64,000 nucleotides of DNA, from positions 3,732 to 67,731 of the forward strand of contig NW_021832985.1 in NCBI RefSeq assembly GCF_006345805.1, given 5' to 3'. A program made the position numbers and the translations under genes. The notes under the pieces were generated by a model. That model had not been told where the DNA came from, made no database searches, and saw only the letters and a list, made by a program, of their open reading frames with translations. Position 1 is the stretch's first letter, and each line of letters starts with the position of its first letter. Below, piece by piece: positions 38,766 to 50,461 of this stretch. Origin of the DNA: Octopus sinensis. Lineage: Eukaryota.

Positions 38766-39155
38766 CACCTAAATCAACAGCAGTTCTGTGAGCACTCAGA
38801 TCAAAAGCTTTCACTAAAACTGGAGCACAAGGTACAGTAAGACCATCCATAGACAGCATTATCATTGCACTACAATCCATTGCCGGTTTACTACCGTTAC
38901 TAGCTTTGTCCGGATGAGTTCCGTTAGTGGTGTGTGTGCCATTGGTACCAGTAATGTTGGCACTAATACCATTTGTGCCGTTTGGTGTGACTCCATTTGT
39001 ACAGTTAACACCCGGTGTATGACTCGATTCGGTGTGGCTACCTTTGTTGTGGGCAGTATCCTTCTGGTCTTCTATATGAATATTTTTCATTGGAGGATTT
39101 TCATTATTCAACATTTTTCCCGCCTTTATATTCGCCATGTCTATAAATGCTTTGC
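38766..39155 (-). CDS. ASMT: ASMT-like O-methyltransferase exon (390 nt) with low-complexity insert and start of the SAM-binding motif
   Basis: Acceptor ttcgttctgaacag| and donor GGTG|gtatgt. Open frame KAFIDM...LVKAFDLSAHRTAVDLG; AFDLS...DLGG is the ASMT-family signature; phase 1/1. Confidence 0.9.
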
Positions 39156-39995
39156 CTGTTCAGAACGAAAGAAACGAGAAAATTGTTAAGTAAATTTCAA
39201 ATAAGGTTTTACAATTGTAACACACGCAAACTTCGTTTTGTCATACGAGGCAAACCATCAGCAAACAATAAGAGGGATACAACCGAAGACATTCTTAACC
39301 AAGGAGCAAACGAAAAATAGCAATAAGGACTGATAGGATCACAAGAGGATCGGACAAAAATGTCTTCCATTATTTCTCCAGACTCATTATGTTTAGTGTT
39401 AAAATCCACCCTCGTTAAATTTGCCTTTCCCTCCTCCGGGGTTGATAAACTGCTTGAAGTGATAATAACTACTCCATCCACTAAAATCTATGGCTTTGTG
39501 CCCAAATCAAAGAACCATTAGAAGGTGGGGAGCTGGTAGAGTGTCAGAGAAATGCTTTGCAATGTTTTTCCTGGCTCTTTACGTTCTGAGCTCAAACTCC
39601 GCCGGGCTCGACTTTGCCTTTCATCCTTTCGAGGTCGATAAATCAAGTACCAGTTGAACACCGGGGTCAATGCAATCGAATTGTCCCCTATGTGCCAAAA
39701 ATTTAAATCATCATTATCATTACAAAACCAGTGCGAGTGAGAACTCATTAAAAACTATTCGAAGGTCAGTGTATTTGGGGGACCAAAAACTGTATCACGC
39801 ACCAGTCTATTACGACAAGGTCGTCATGGAAACATCGATGGTTCGTTTCTTTCTGCAATTTATTGCGTTCTGTAAACCATTATGCACATGGTCGGGTGTT
39901 GATCCGTAGCTTAGAAAACGTTGAAAAAGTATGAATCCAAAAAGTTTGAGAGAAGGAGTCCAAGATTGACAATGGATAATATATATTTCTGGTAA

Positions 39996-40376
39996 TCTCT
40001 CTCTATATAAACGGCAGTTTGTCTGTGCGTGTGTTTCTGTGTGTCTGTTGCTTGTACCCTCACCCTGACCACGGCTTTTCAACCGATTCTGATGAAACTT
40101 GACACACACATACCCAATGTCATAATTCAAACTAACGCAGCGAAACTTTTGAAAAGTTCCCCCAGTTCTGAAAAAAATCGATAAATTCGACATGGGGTCG
40201 AGAATCAGAAACACAAACCACAGACTCTCTAGGGAACGCAACTCGACCTTTTTAACTAAAAAAATTTATCATCATTTTTTTTTCCATTTCTTTGCTATTT
40301 TTTGGCTATAACTCTCTAAAAATGCTTTATAGTTATTTCCCTTACAAACCCGAGCAACGCCGGGCGATACTGCTAG
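39996..40376 (+). mobile_element. Non-autonomous Helitron in an ASMT-like intron, ending 21 bp from the donor site
   Basis: A|TCTCTCTCTATATAAA start, cccgagcaacgccggg hairpin, CTAG|T end. Confidence 0.88.
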
Positions 40377-40397
40377 TAAAGAAATAAAAAAACTTAC

Positions 40398-40538
40398 CTG
40401 ATTTTAATGTGCTGGTGAGATTTGATAAAAGTGGAAGAATAACATTAAATTCAGACATGGCGGATGCAATCAATGCTGGTCGTCGGGATCTAGTTAAGTA
40501 TTTCGTCGTCCCTGCTGTGTTGCTGTATACAACATTAC
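40398..40538 (-). CDS. ASMT: ASMT-like O-methyltransferase exon (141 nt)
   Basis: Acceptor ctccatag| and donor TCAG|gtaagt. Encodes (G)NVVYSNTAGTTKYLTRSRRPALIASAMSEFNVILPLLSNLTSTLKS with the Y.NT...YL signature; phase 1/1. Confidence 0.9.
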
Positions 40539-40859
40539 CTATGGAGAAATATATATGGAAAATATTATAAACACGCATGCATATGCATGGATGTACACTC
40601 ACAAAACACGTACGGCTGAGTGCAGGCTTCTTAAAGCAGGAAGAGCAGCAAGCTAATGAAAGCAATTACATAATTCCTGTTCTTTTGTCACTATGAGTGT
40701 GTGTATATGAGAGAGAGAGAGTAGGCATTTATCGTGAGAGAATTATGACAAAATGTTTGGAAATATAATAAAAAAAAACAGCAGAACTATATCCACATGT
40801 GTGAAAGACGGAATAGAAACTCTCACATACATATATACACAGTTACGAGAGAATATGTG

Positions 40860-41735
40860 AGAAAGAGGAGGGGATGGGGGAGAGAGAGAAGGAGAGAAAG
40901 AGAGAAGGAGAGAAAGAGAGAAAGAGAGAGAAGGAGAGAAAGAGAGAGAAGGAGAGAAAGAGAGAGAAGGAGAGAAAGAGAGAGAAGGAGAGAAAGAGAG
41001 AGAAGGAGAGAAAGAGAGAGAAGGAGAGAAAGAGAGAGAAGGAGAGAAAGAGAGAGGGAGAGAAAGAGAGAGAGGGAGAGAGAGAGAGAGAGATAAGGAG
41101 AGAGAGAGAGATAAGGAGAGAGAGAGAGATAAGGAGAGAGAGAGAGATAAGGAGAGAGAGAGAGATAAGGAGAGAGAGAGAGATAAGGAGAGAGAGAGAA
41201 AGGAGAGGAGAGAGAGATAAGGAGAGAGAGAGAGATAAGGAGAGAGAGAGAGATAAGGAGAGAGAGAGAGATAAGGAGAGAGAGAGAGATAGGAGAGAGA
41301 GAGAGATAAGGAGAGAGAGAGAGATAGGAGAGAGGAGAGAGATAAGGAGAGAAGAGAGAGATAAGGAGAAGGAGAGAGAGATAAGGAGAGAGAGAGAGAA
41401 AGGAAGGAGAGAGAGAAAGGAGAGGAGAGATAAGAGGAGAGAGAAGGAGAGAGAGAGGAGAGAGATAAGGAGAGAGAGAGGATAAGGAGAGAGAGAGATA
41501 AGGAGAGAGAGAGATATAAGAAGAAGATATAAGGGAGGAGAGATAAGGAGAGATATATAAGGAGAGAGATATAAGGAGAGAGATATAAGGAGAGAGATAT
41601 AAGGAGAGAGAGATAAGGAGAGAGAGAGATAAGGAGAGAGAGAGATAAGGAGAGAGAGAGATAAGGAGAGAGAGAGATAAGGAGAGAGAGATAAGGAGAG
41701 AGAGATAAGGAGAGAGAGATAAGAGGAGAGAGAAG
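40860..41735. repeat. Polypurine (GA-rich) satellite with 16-18-bp units
   Basis: GGAGAGAAAGAGAGAGAA units followed by GGAGAGAGAGAGATAA units; almost no C. Confidence 0.97.
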
Positions 41736-41749
41736 GTGAGAAGTTTTAC

Positions 41750-41918
41750 CTTTATGAACTTCTTTGTCGAGGAGGTCCAAAGAGACCAATGTGTTTAGAA
41801 AACGCTCGGTCGTGGATTTATCATAGTTAAATTTACGAGCGATTCCAGCCGCTGTTAATGGTTCACCGTTTGATTCGATTTCGTCGAATAATCCTACTTC
41901 GAGGCCGTACATCAATAT
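41750..41918 (-). CDS. ASMT: ASMT-like O-methyltransferase, first located coding exon (dimerisation domain, 169 nt)
   Basis: Acceptor ttttacag|ATA and donor AAAG|gtaaaa. Encodes ILMYGLEVGLFDEIESNGEPLTAAGIARKFNYDKSTTERFLNTLVSLDLLDKEVHK, matching the N-terminal winged-helix dimerisation region of ASMT/COMT-type enzymes. Starts in phase 0, ends in phase 1. Confidence 0.9.
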
Positions 41919-42406
41919 CTGTAAAAGATAAAAAGATAAAAGCAAGAATTAAAACAAGACACCAAAAGTGAGGAAAAACAAAGTTGATCACGGGAGATTT
42001 GAACTCGTAACGGAAAGATCGGGAAGAAATACCGCAGAGCAAGGTTTGTTTCATTGTTATACTTGAGGATAGCGATGTTTTGTCAACTGAATTTGTCAGT
42101 TAAACATGCGCTATATACAACCCCAGTATTTATTCTTTGTAAGCCTAGTACTTATTCTATCGGTCTCTATTGCCGAATCGCTAGGTTACGGGGACGTATA
42201 CACATCAGCTCTCAATTGCCAGGGTTGTTAAAATTAGGAAGGGCGCAAAATAAATTGAAAAAGAAAAAAATAATTTAACAGTGGAGCAATAAGGTCGGAA
42301 ACAGAACAGAATTTTTCCCGAAAATAAAGATAACTTTTTCAATCTACAAGAAATAACAGCCGATTCACCCTCAAATCAATTCTGTTTTTATTAGATTATA
42401 TATATA

Positions 42407-42446
<40 letters not shown>

Positions 42447-42449
<3 letters not shown>

Positions 42450-42846
42450 CGCAGGGCTGTGTGGTAAGTAGCTTGCTAACCAACCACATGGTTCCGGGTT
42501 CAGACCCACTGCGTGGCATCTTGGGCAAGTGTCTTCTGCTGAAGTCCCGGGCCGACCAATGCCTTGTGAATGGATTTGGTAGACGGAAACTGAAAGAAGC
42601 CTGTCGTATATATGTATATATATGTATGCGTGTGTGTATTTGTGTGTCTGTGTTTGCCCCCTAGCATTGCTTGACAACCGATGCTGGTGTGTTTACGTCC
42701 CCGTCACTTAGCGGTTCGGCAAAAGAGACCGATAGAATAAGTACTGGGCTTACAAAGAATAAGTCCCGGGGTTGATTTGCTCGACTAAAGGCGGTACTCC
42801 AGCATGGCCGCAGTCAAATGACTGAAACAAGTAAAAGAGTAAAGAG
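42447..42846 (+). mobile_element. Full-length SINE family B
   Basis: Near-identical to 20793-21200. Confidence 0.88.
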
Positions 42847-43944
42847 TATACGAAAATAAACAAAAGACGAAGGCAGGTGGTGAGGGAGACAAAGACTGCA
42901 TTAGATGTGGTCCAGCATAACCATAAAGATGCAAGATGGTCACGGCTGGAATGCCTTAAATTATAAGTACGCTCTGTTGTGATCTACCTAGGGTTAAATA
43001 AAAATTGTCAACACCATTACTACTACGACAGCTTCCGTTAAATCTTCGATAATTTTATTCGGTTTTTATTTTGTACTGAGAGTTATCTCCCTTACATTAC
43101 GAGCTCGGTGACAATTCTTCATATATTGTACATGACTGATTTATCAACAGAAAGGATTTCTTCTTGCATATATCTCCATGTCTCGCTAACCGACTGACTG
43201 GTATTCAACATCCTCTCTCTCTCTCTTTCCTTCTGTCTCTCTTTCCCTCTCTCTCCCTGTGCCTCTCTCTCTCTCCCTTCTCCCTCTCTCTCTGGGCCTC
43301 CCTCTCTCTGGGCCTCCCTCTCCGTGCCTCTCTCTCTCTCTCTCTCTCCTCTGTGCCTCTCTCTCTCTCTGTGCCTCTCTCTCTCTGTGCCTCTCTCTCT
43401 CTGTCTTTCGATGTGAGAGAGTGTATGTTCGTGTGCGCTCATGTGTACATTCATAACTGTAGATGCGTGCGCGCATGCGCATATTTTGTGTCCATGCACG
43501 ACTGTGCGCTCACACTGAATTTGTGTTTACGTTCATAACTATCTGTGCGTGTGTGCGTATATGCGTGTGAGCACGGAATTGTGTGTGTACGTCTATAACT
43601 GTGTGTGTGAGCGCGCACGTGTGTCCGAGCTCGAGACTGCGTGCGCTAGCAATAATGTGTTTTTGACCTTAAATGCAACACCGTGTACTCATGCGTGCAT
43701 GCGAGCGTATAACTGTACGTGCATATGTGCCTGCACGTCTATGCATAGGTGCATGCCTAGAATACAACCGGGTTCTAGAGTCAATTTGATAGAACTACGT
43801 TATTCTACAGTTAATCAAGGTTTCCAAGAAGCCATTAAATAAATACTTGACCTGCGTGAAATAGCAGTCAGAGTCGCTTTCAAATCTTATCCTATTATCT
43901 TGAAAACAAAAAGGTCATTTTGGATAATGCAGTGCTAGATATAT

Positions 43945-44257
43945 GCTGAGACCCCCTTCGCTCATGACTGACCATGGGGTTGCACCTAGAAAGTTACCCT
44001 CCCAGGCACAAGTCCGGGCAAGGTTATTTTAATGGAAGACCAGCAGTCGCCTCTGCATACAGACCTCCCCTCTCCATGCCACCAGTGTTGTCCAAGGAAA
44101 AAGCAAAGGGGCCAATACAGCTTGGCACCTGTGACTTCACAACTCATTTCTACAGCTGAGTGAAGTGGAGCAGCGTAAAATAAAGTATCTTGTTCAAGAA
44201 CACAACACGCAGCCCGGTTCGGGATTCGAACTCTAACCACTGAGCCATGCGCCTTCT
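43945..44257 (-). mobile_element. tRNA-derived SINE with CORE-like domain
   Basis: ctcatttctacagctgagtgaagtggagcagcgtaaaataaagtatcttgttcaagaacacaac core plus a gagttcgaatcccg B-box on the reverse strand. Confidence 0.65.
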
Positions 44258-46096
44258 CGTGCTAGATATACTATGTCAAAAAAAGAGGTAAAAGGACTGG
44301 ATGATTGAAAATTGAAAGTCTTTGATCAGAGATCCCTCTAATCGAGATTCACTTACTATTCCACAAGATAGTACTACTAACAGCACCATTTAGACTAAAT
44401 ATTGGGCACATAAAATAATGTGGAAGCTGATATGTGGTAATCTAAGCTTCGAAAAATAGCAACTAAATTTCCCTCAAATCCAACCCTGCCATCTTATAAA
44501 GGAGTAAGGAACATAGAAAAATATGATTTCTAGATATATCCAGTTATACACTCATGATAGTTTATAACAGAAACTTGCAATGGTTACTTGTAGCCTTGAA
44601 AGTCTTTCTTCGACGGAGCACCAGTCCTTCATAAGCTTAATCCCAGAGGCGGTTGTTGGAACTTGCGTCTAAATGAGTGTACTAGAGCAAAATTACAAGG
44701 AAGTGTCTTACTCGAGGACACATTGTGCCGTCAGCACATGTTTCGAGTGCACGATATTACAACGGAAAGCCTGTCCTCCTAACCAGTACAGTATGCATAT
44801 TTGAAACTAAGCTAAAAGAAGGCGAGGTTTGGGAGTTCCGAGAAGTGCAAAACCACTTCTTAATAACTCTTGTTCCCAGATCGACTGTGACTTGTAATAT
44901 TGCCTGCCAGTAGTACCTGTGGGTTAATTGGCATGTCAAGGAATTGCCTCCGGAAGAAGGTCACTTGCAGACACTCCTACAGATCCAAGACAGATGAGGT
45001 CCTTCAGGTCTTTAGTTGCCCATCTAAGATAAGGGAACTTCATACAAATCCGGCATCCTGAGAAGTACTGCGTTTTTGGAACTGGATGGCTCAGACCAAT
45101 ACAAGTTTGAGGGACAAGTGAATGGGACTAGCTCGGCACAAACTATATTCAGTATAATATTCATTATGTTCAAATATTCCATATATATTCACTATAGTAT
45201 TCATTGTGCAGGTTGTTCAGCAAATGAACTCATTTGTCGAAGCGACGGGAGAGGTCACCGAGAAGAAGTCTGTTGTATCCTGTAGTATTTTACGAGTAAT
45301 TCTATTGGCTCAATAAAACTGTCACACCAGGATAGCACTGACCTGGAGCTTTGTCAGCCTTTGGACGCAGTTTTACCACGCGAGTGGTATGAATCAACAC
45401 GAAGCGACCCGGAATCGAGCACAAAAACTTATGGTAGTCACCCTGGTCACCTTACCACTTAGACACACATCTCGAATATACAAGTTGTAGACCTTAAAAT
45501 AAGAAATGCTATAAATCGCCTCTTTAATTTACATTTACTGTGCGTGTGTATCTTGTGCACCTGTGTTGGTGATGGAGATAAAATAAATTGAAGACAGATT
45601 AAGTCAGCTAGGCACGAACTATGGTACTAAATGTATCTGAAGACCCAGTGAAGAGTTCAGCTTTGTAACACTGACGATAATTTGATAACATAACCTTGAT
45701 AATATATATACTGGTATACATATATAATATGTATATACACGCACGCACGCACTACTATCAGAAGTCAATCTGTACAGATGCAGACTTCCAATATGCATAT
45801 ATATATACACTAACATATTTGTATATACGGATGCGTGTACATACACATATTTACACATTTGCATGCTTACATACATACATGCATACACACACACACACAA
45901 AGTGTGGGAAATAACATCGAAAGGAGTTCTATGGTGATGGTGGTGTGTATATATGTGTGTGTGTGTGTGTGAAAAGGAGAGAGATTGAGAGAAAATGCTA
46001 AATCAGTTGATCTCAAAAATAAAATTCAAGCCGCTGCCCTTCTCCCCGCGACAGTCGAGAATGTGAGTCAACTTTGACAGGATACAGTGCAAGCTC

Positions 46097-46130
<34 letters not shown>

Positions 46131-46350
46131 TGATGATAATAATAATAATAACAACAACAACAACAACAACGACGGAATGTATCATCATATGTGATTAGCG
46201 AAAATTTGATCCGAAAATCATCGTCAATCTCCGTCTGGCACTGAATGACTGAGGCAGTCTGTGGATGTGTCAGCTAATTTGGCACCTCGGGTTATCACAC
46301 AAAACACAGACTTGCACACACTCACGCATATACAGTGATAAATACATTTG

Positions 46351-46392
<42 letters not shown>

Positions 46393-46641
46393 GCACGCAC
46401 AAGCATCATGCGTCACTATCAGCCGCGCCGGTGATTATCACTCATTCTCATACATCCAGCCTCCATCCATCCATCCATCCATCCATTTGTTTTGTATACG
46501 TGCATACGTATGTACACAATGTATACACATCGCTATATGTGAATACACACACCTCATAAATGCATATGTGAATAATTGCAGTCACACACATACATCTGTG
46601 TGTGTGTGTGTGTGTGTGTATGCAAATGTGTGCGTAAGTGC

Positions 46642-46704
<63 letters not shown>

Positions 46705-46790
46705 ATGCAAATGTGTGCGTAAGTGCGTGTGTGTGTGTGTATATATATATATGTGTGTGTGTGTGTATATGCAAATGCGTGCGTAAGTGC

Positions 46791-46828
<38 letters not shown>

Positions 46829-47270
46829 TATATATATATATATATATCCAAAAACGCACGCGCATATCTATATAAACAGGTGTACTATTTACACACACGC
46901 ACATATACAAACACACACACACGGCAACATGAAAACGTACGAAGATCACACACCGAGATCACACACGGGCCCTCACACAGACAGACAAATTTCACAGACA
47001 TGGAGGAGGAGGAGGAGGGGGAAGAGGGTGAGAGTGTGTGTGTGTGTGTGTGTAAGTGGGGTGAGAAAGTGTGAGGAGTGATAGTGAAAGACCTGTGGAA
47101 ATGATGTAACAGATATCAAAGCAGTCTGCGAGGAGACGGCAGCCAGTGATTCTTTTAATAGTTCCGTGATGGTAATCCCCCGCCCAGTCAGAGTCACGTG
47201 GCCTAACATCTGTCAGACAGACTAAAGAGAGCGCGCGAGAGAAAGAGAGAGAGAGATAGAGATAGAAAGC

Positions 47271-47307
<37 letters not shown>

Positions 47308-47324
47308 GAGAGAAAATAAAAAAG

Positions 47325-47325
47325 C

Positions 47326-47357
<32 letters not shown>

Positions 47358-47425
47358 TGTGTATGTGCGTGTGCGTGTGCGTGTGCGTGTGCGTGTATGC
47401 GTGTGCGCGTATGCGTGTGCGCGTA

Positions 47426-47473
<48 letters not shown>

Positions 47474-47837
47474 CGTGATTGCGTGTGCGCGTGTGCGTGT
47501 ATGCGTGTGCGTGTATGCGTGTGCGTGTATGCGTGTGCGTGTATGCGTGTGCGTGTATGCGTGTGCGTGTATGCGTGTGGTGTATGTTGTGTATGTGTAT
47601 GTGGTGTGTGTATGTATGTGTGTGTGTGTGTGTGTGGTATATGTGTGTGGTGTATGTGTGTGTGTGTATGTGTGTGTGTGTAGTGGCGTATGTGTATGTG
47701 TTGTGTGATGTGTGTGTATGTGTGTGTGTGTGGTGTGTGTGTATGGTATGTGTGTGTGTGTGTGTATGAGTGTGTGTATGTGTGTTTGGTGTATGTGTGT
47801 GTGTATGTGTGTGTGTGTATGGTGGTGTATGTGTGTG

Positions 47838-47872
<35 letters not shown>

Positions 47873-47880
47873 CGTGCTGC
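47325..47880. repeat. (GT)n/(GCGT)n/(GTATGC) compound microsatellite
   Basis: Directly visible. Confidence 0.95.
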
Positions 47881-48328
47881 GTGAGAGAGAAAGAGAGAGA
47901 GAAAGCAGAACGCCAGCATAAACATACCGTTTTATTATATACAGCTATACCACTAACGCATATACAATCGCTCTCACGTACATATATAAGCTTAGAAATA
48001 GCCATATCTAGAGTGCTACGATTTATGCACACCACACACACACGTACACACGTGTGTACACATTACAAATAAAAGGATAATTTATGTACGCTCACAAGTC
48101 CACACACACACACACACACACACACACAAGCCCACAAAATGTGGATGCATATGCGTATACATAAATTATCCTTTTATATGTAATTTGTATTACACGTGTG
48201 TGTGTGTGTGTGTGTGTGTTCCCAGACTACCACCTCCCAAAATCATAATTATAAAATTAATCTCCAATTGTCTCAGTCACAGTAAATAGAGAAATCTGGA
48301 CGAGGAATATAATATATATATATATATC

Positions 48329-48401
<73 letters not shown>

Positions 48402-48761
48402 CTTTTACTTGTTTCAGTCATTTGACTGTGGCCATGATGCAGCACCGCCTTTCGTCGAGCAAATCGACCCCCCCCCACCAAGACATTCTTTGTAAGCCTA
48501 GAACTTATTCTATCGGTCTTTTTTGCTGAACTGCTGAATTGAGGGACGTAAACACACCAGCATCGGTTGTCAAGCGATGTAGGGGGACAAACACAAACAC
48601 ATATATATACGACGGGCTTCTTTCAGTTTCCGACTACCAAATTTACTCACAAGGCTTTGGTCGGCCCGAAGCTATAAAAGACACTTGTCCAAGGTGCCAC
48701 ACAGTGGGACTGAAACAAGAACCATGTGGTTGGTAAGGAAGCTACTTACCACACAGCCACT

Positions 48762-48800
<39 letters not shown>

Positions 48801-49133
48801 TCTATCTCTACACTAACAGAGAGGGAGAGTGAGAGGTGCATGCCTGCAAACACACACACACCTGATCGTCTACCACTTCCCACCCTCCGCCGCACACATC
48901 TTACCTCAATGTACCAAACTACTAACAGACAACTCGACCAACCAACCAGCCAGCCACCCAGCCAACATAACTTCATAACACTCAATCCCCCCCCCTCACC
49001 TCCTCCTCCTCAATCTAAATTCTGTCCCTTTCGCCGCCCCCTTCGTCCGCCTCCCCCCCTACCCAGACTACCTAGAAAACTCTTCCAGTCAGTCTAGAAC
49101 GGCAGCTAGCAAATTATGTGTACATGTTAGCAT

Positions 49134-49200
<67 letters not shown>

Positions 49201-49215
49201 AAGAGAGAGAAAGAG

Positions 49216-49248
<33 letters not shown>

Positions 49249-49289
49249 GAGAATGTGTTTCTTGTGACTATGCATGTATGTACATATAT

Positions 49290-49354
<65 letters not shown>

Positions 49355-50389
49355 GCGTGTGTACAAGTGTCTGGCAAGGTGTATAGCTATGAAGAGGGAG
49401 AGAGACAGTGTGTGTGTTTGTGTGTTTGTGTAGTGATTGGTGTTGGTATGGGAGAAATTGTAACACATTTTGGTGCCGTGCGACACTGTGGATTGATGAA
49501 AACGGTGGCCGTAGTAGCATTGGTATCGGGTGGTGGTTGTGTTGCTAGGGTGAGAGGGGAGATGGTGGTGGTGGTACTGGTGGTGGTACTATATCTATCT
49601 AAACCAGACGCTGCGCTTGTTGCCGGGTCATGTTGTGGTGATGGTCGTGGCGGTGATGGTGGCGGTAGTGGTAGAGGGCAGCAGCAGCAGCAGCAGGCGA
49701 AGGCGGTGATGACGTTGAGTGTTATGTCTGTCTAGCCAGACGCTGCGCTTAATGCCGGGGTGATGTGGTGTCTGCGTTGCTTAATAACCTAACCCCCCCC
49801 CCAACCCGCCAACCCGAAACCTCCCACCCTCTCCAGACTTACGTAAAATGTCAAAGTCGGATACTTCTGGCTGAGAACAACACCACCACCACCACCACCA
49901 ACACCACTAGCATCATCATCACCACCATAATTATTACTGTGGCCGTCATCATCTTGTCATCATGTTCCTCAATATCATACATTCCTCCTCATATAGACAC
50001 ACATATATACATACAGAGGTATATCACATTAATTAGTGGCTGAGTACTCCACAGTCGCATGTACCCTTAATGTTATTATCAGGCAGAATCAACATAATAT
50101 ACTGTATGACCTGTATTGTATCTTTTGAATTCCGGGTATAATCCACTCGATAGGCTTTTCTACACAGCCTCCGTCTACCCAATTCTATCCAAGGTATTGA
50201 TCAAAGCGAAACTATAGAAAATAGCGTTTTGCCGAAAGAATTGAACCCAGAACCTCTCGAGTTCGATATATAGTGTATCAGATTTATTAAGGCTGTTTTT
50301 GTTTTTGTGGGAACAATGCAATTTGAAGCTATTATAAATAGTTCGTAAATATTGGGTCGAAAATCACTTTGGATAGAAAAAAAGTCCAA

Positions 50390-50461
50390 GGCTGTCGTGG
50401 GATTTGAACCCACATCTTCTGTAAACACGACAGACGTTATGCCGTTGGACGAATGCACTCC
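50390..50461 (-). pseudogene. 72-nt tRNA-like sequence (pseudo-tRNA or SINE head) followed by T7
   Basis: Perfect T-arm GTGGG-TTCAAAT-CCCAC and anticodon-like arm TCTGT-CGTGTTT-ACAGA. Acceptor and D stems do not pair. Oligo-T 6 nt downstream. Confidence 0.5.

Noticed and set aside
43096-43122. Candidate ASMT-like first exon MKNCHRARN with donor AAT|gtaagg (longer, MQEEILSVDK..., only with a 1-nt frameshift)
   Set aside because: Phase fits, but it is short, the donor is weak and similarity to the expected ..GF..SQ/K helix is poor. Keep as a candidate for RNA-seq checking.
44357-44389. Candidate first exon MVLLVVLSCGI with donor |gtaagt
   Set aside because: Phase 0 and a good intronic consensus, but no similarity to ASMT N-termini.
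44560-45475. Possible LINE coding remnant
   Set aside because: All frames examined are riddled with stops and show no RT or endonuclease motif; parts resemble decayed SINE heads and cores.
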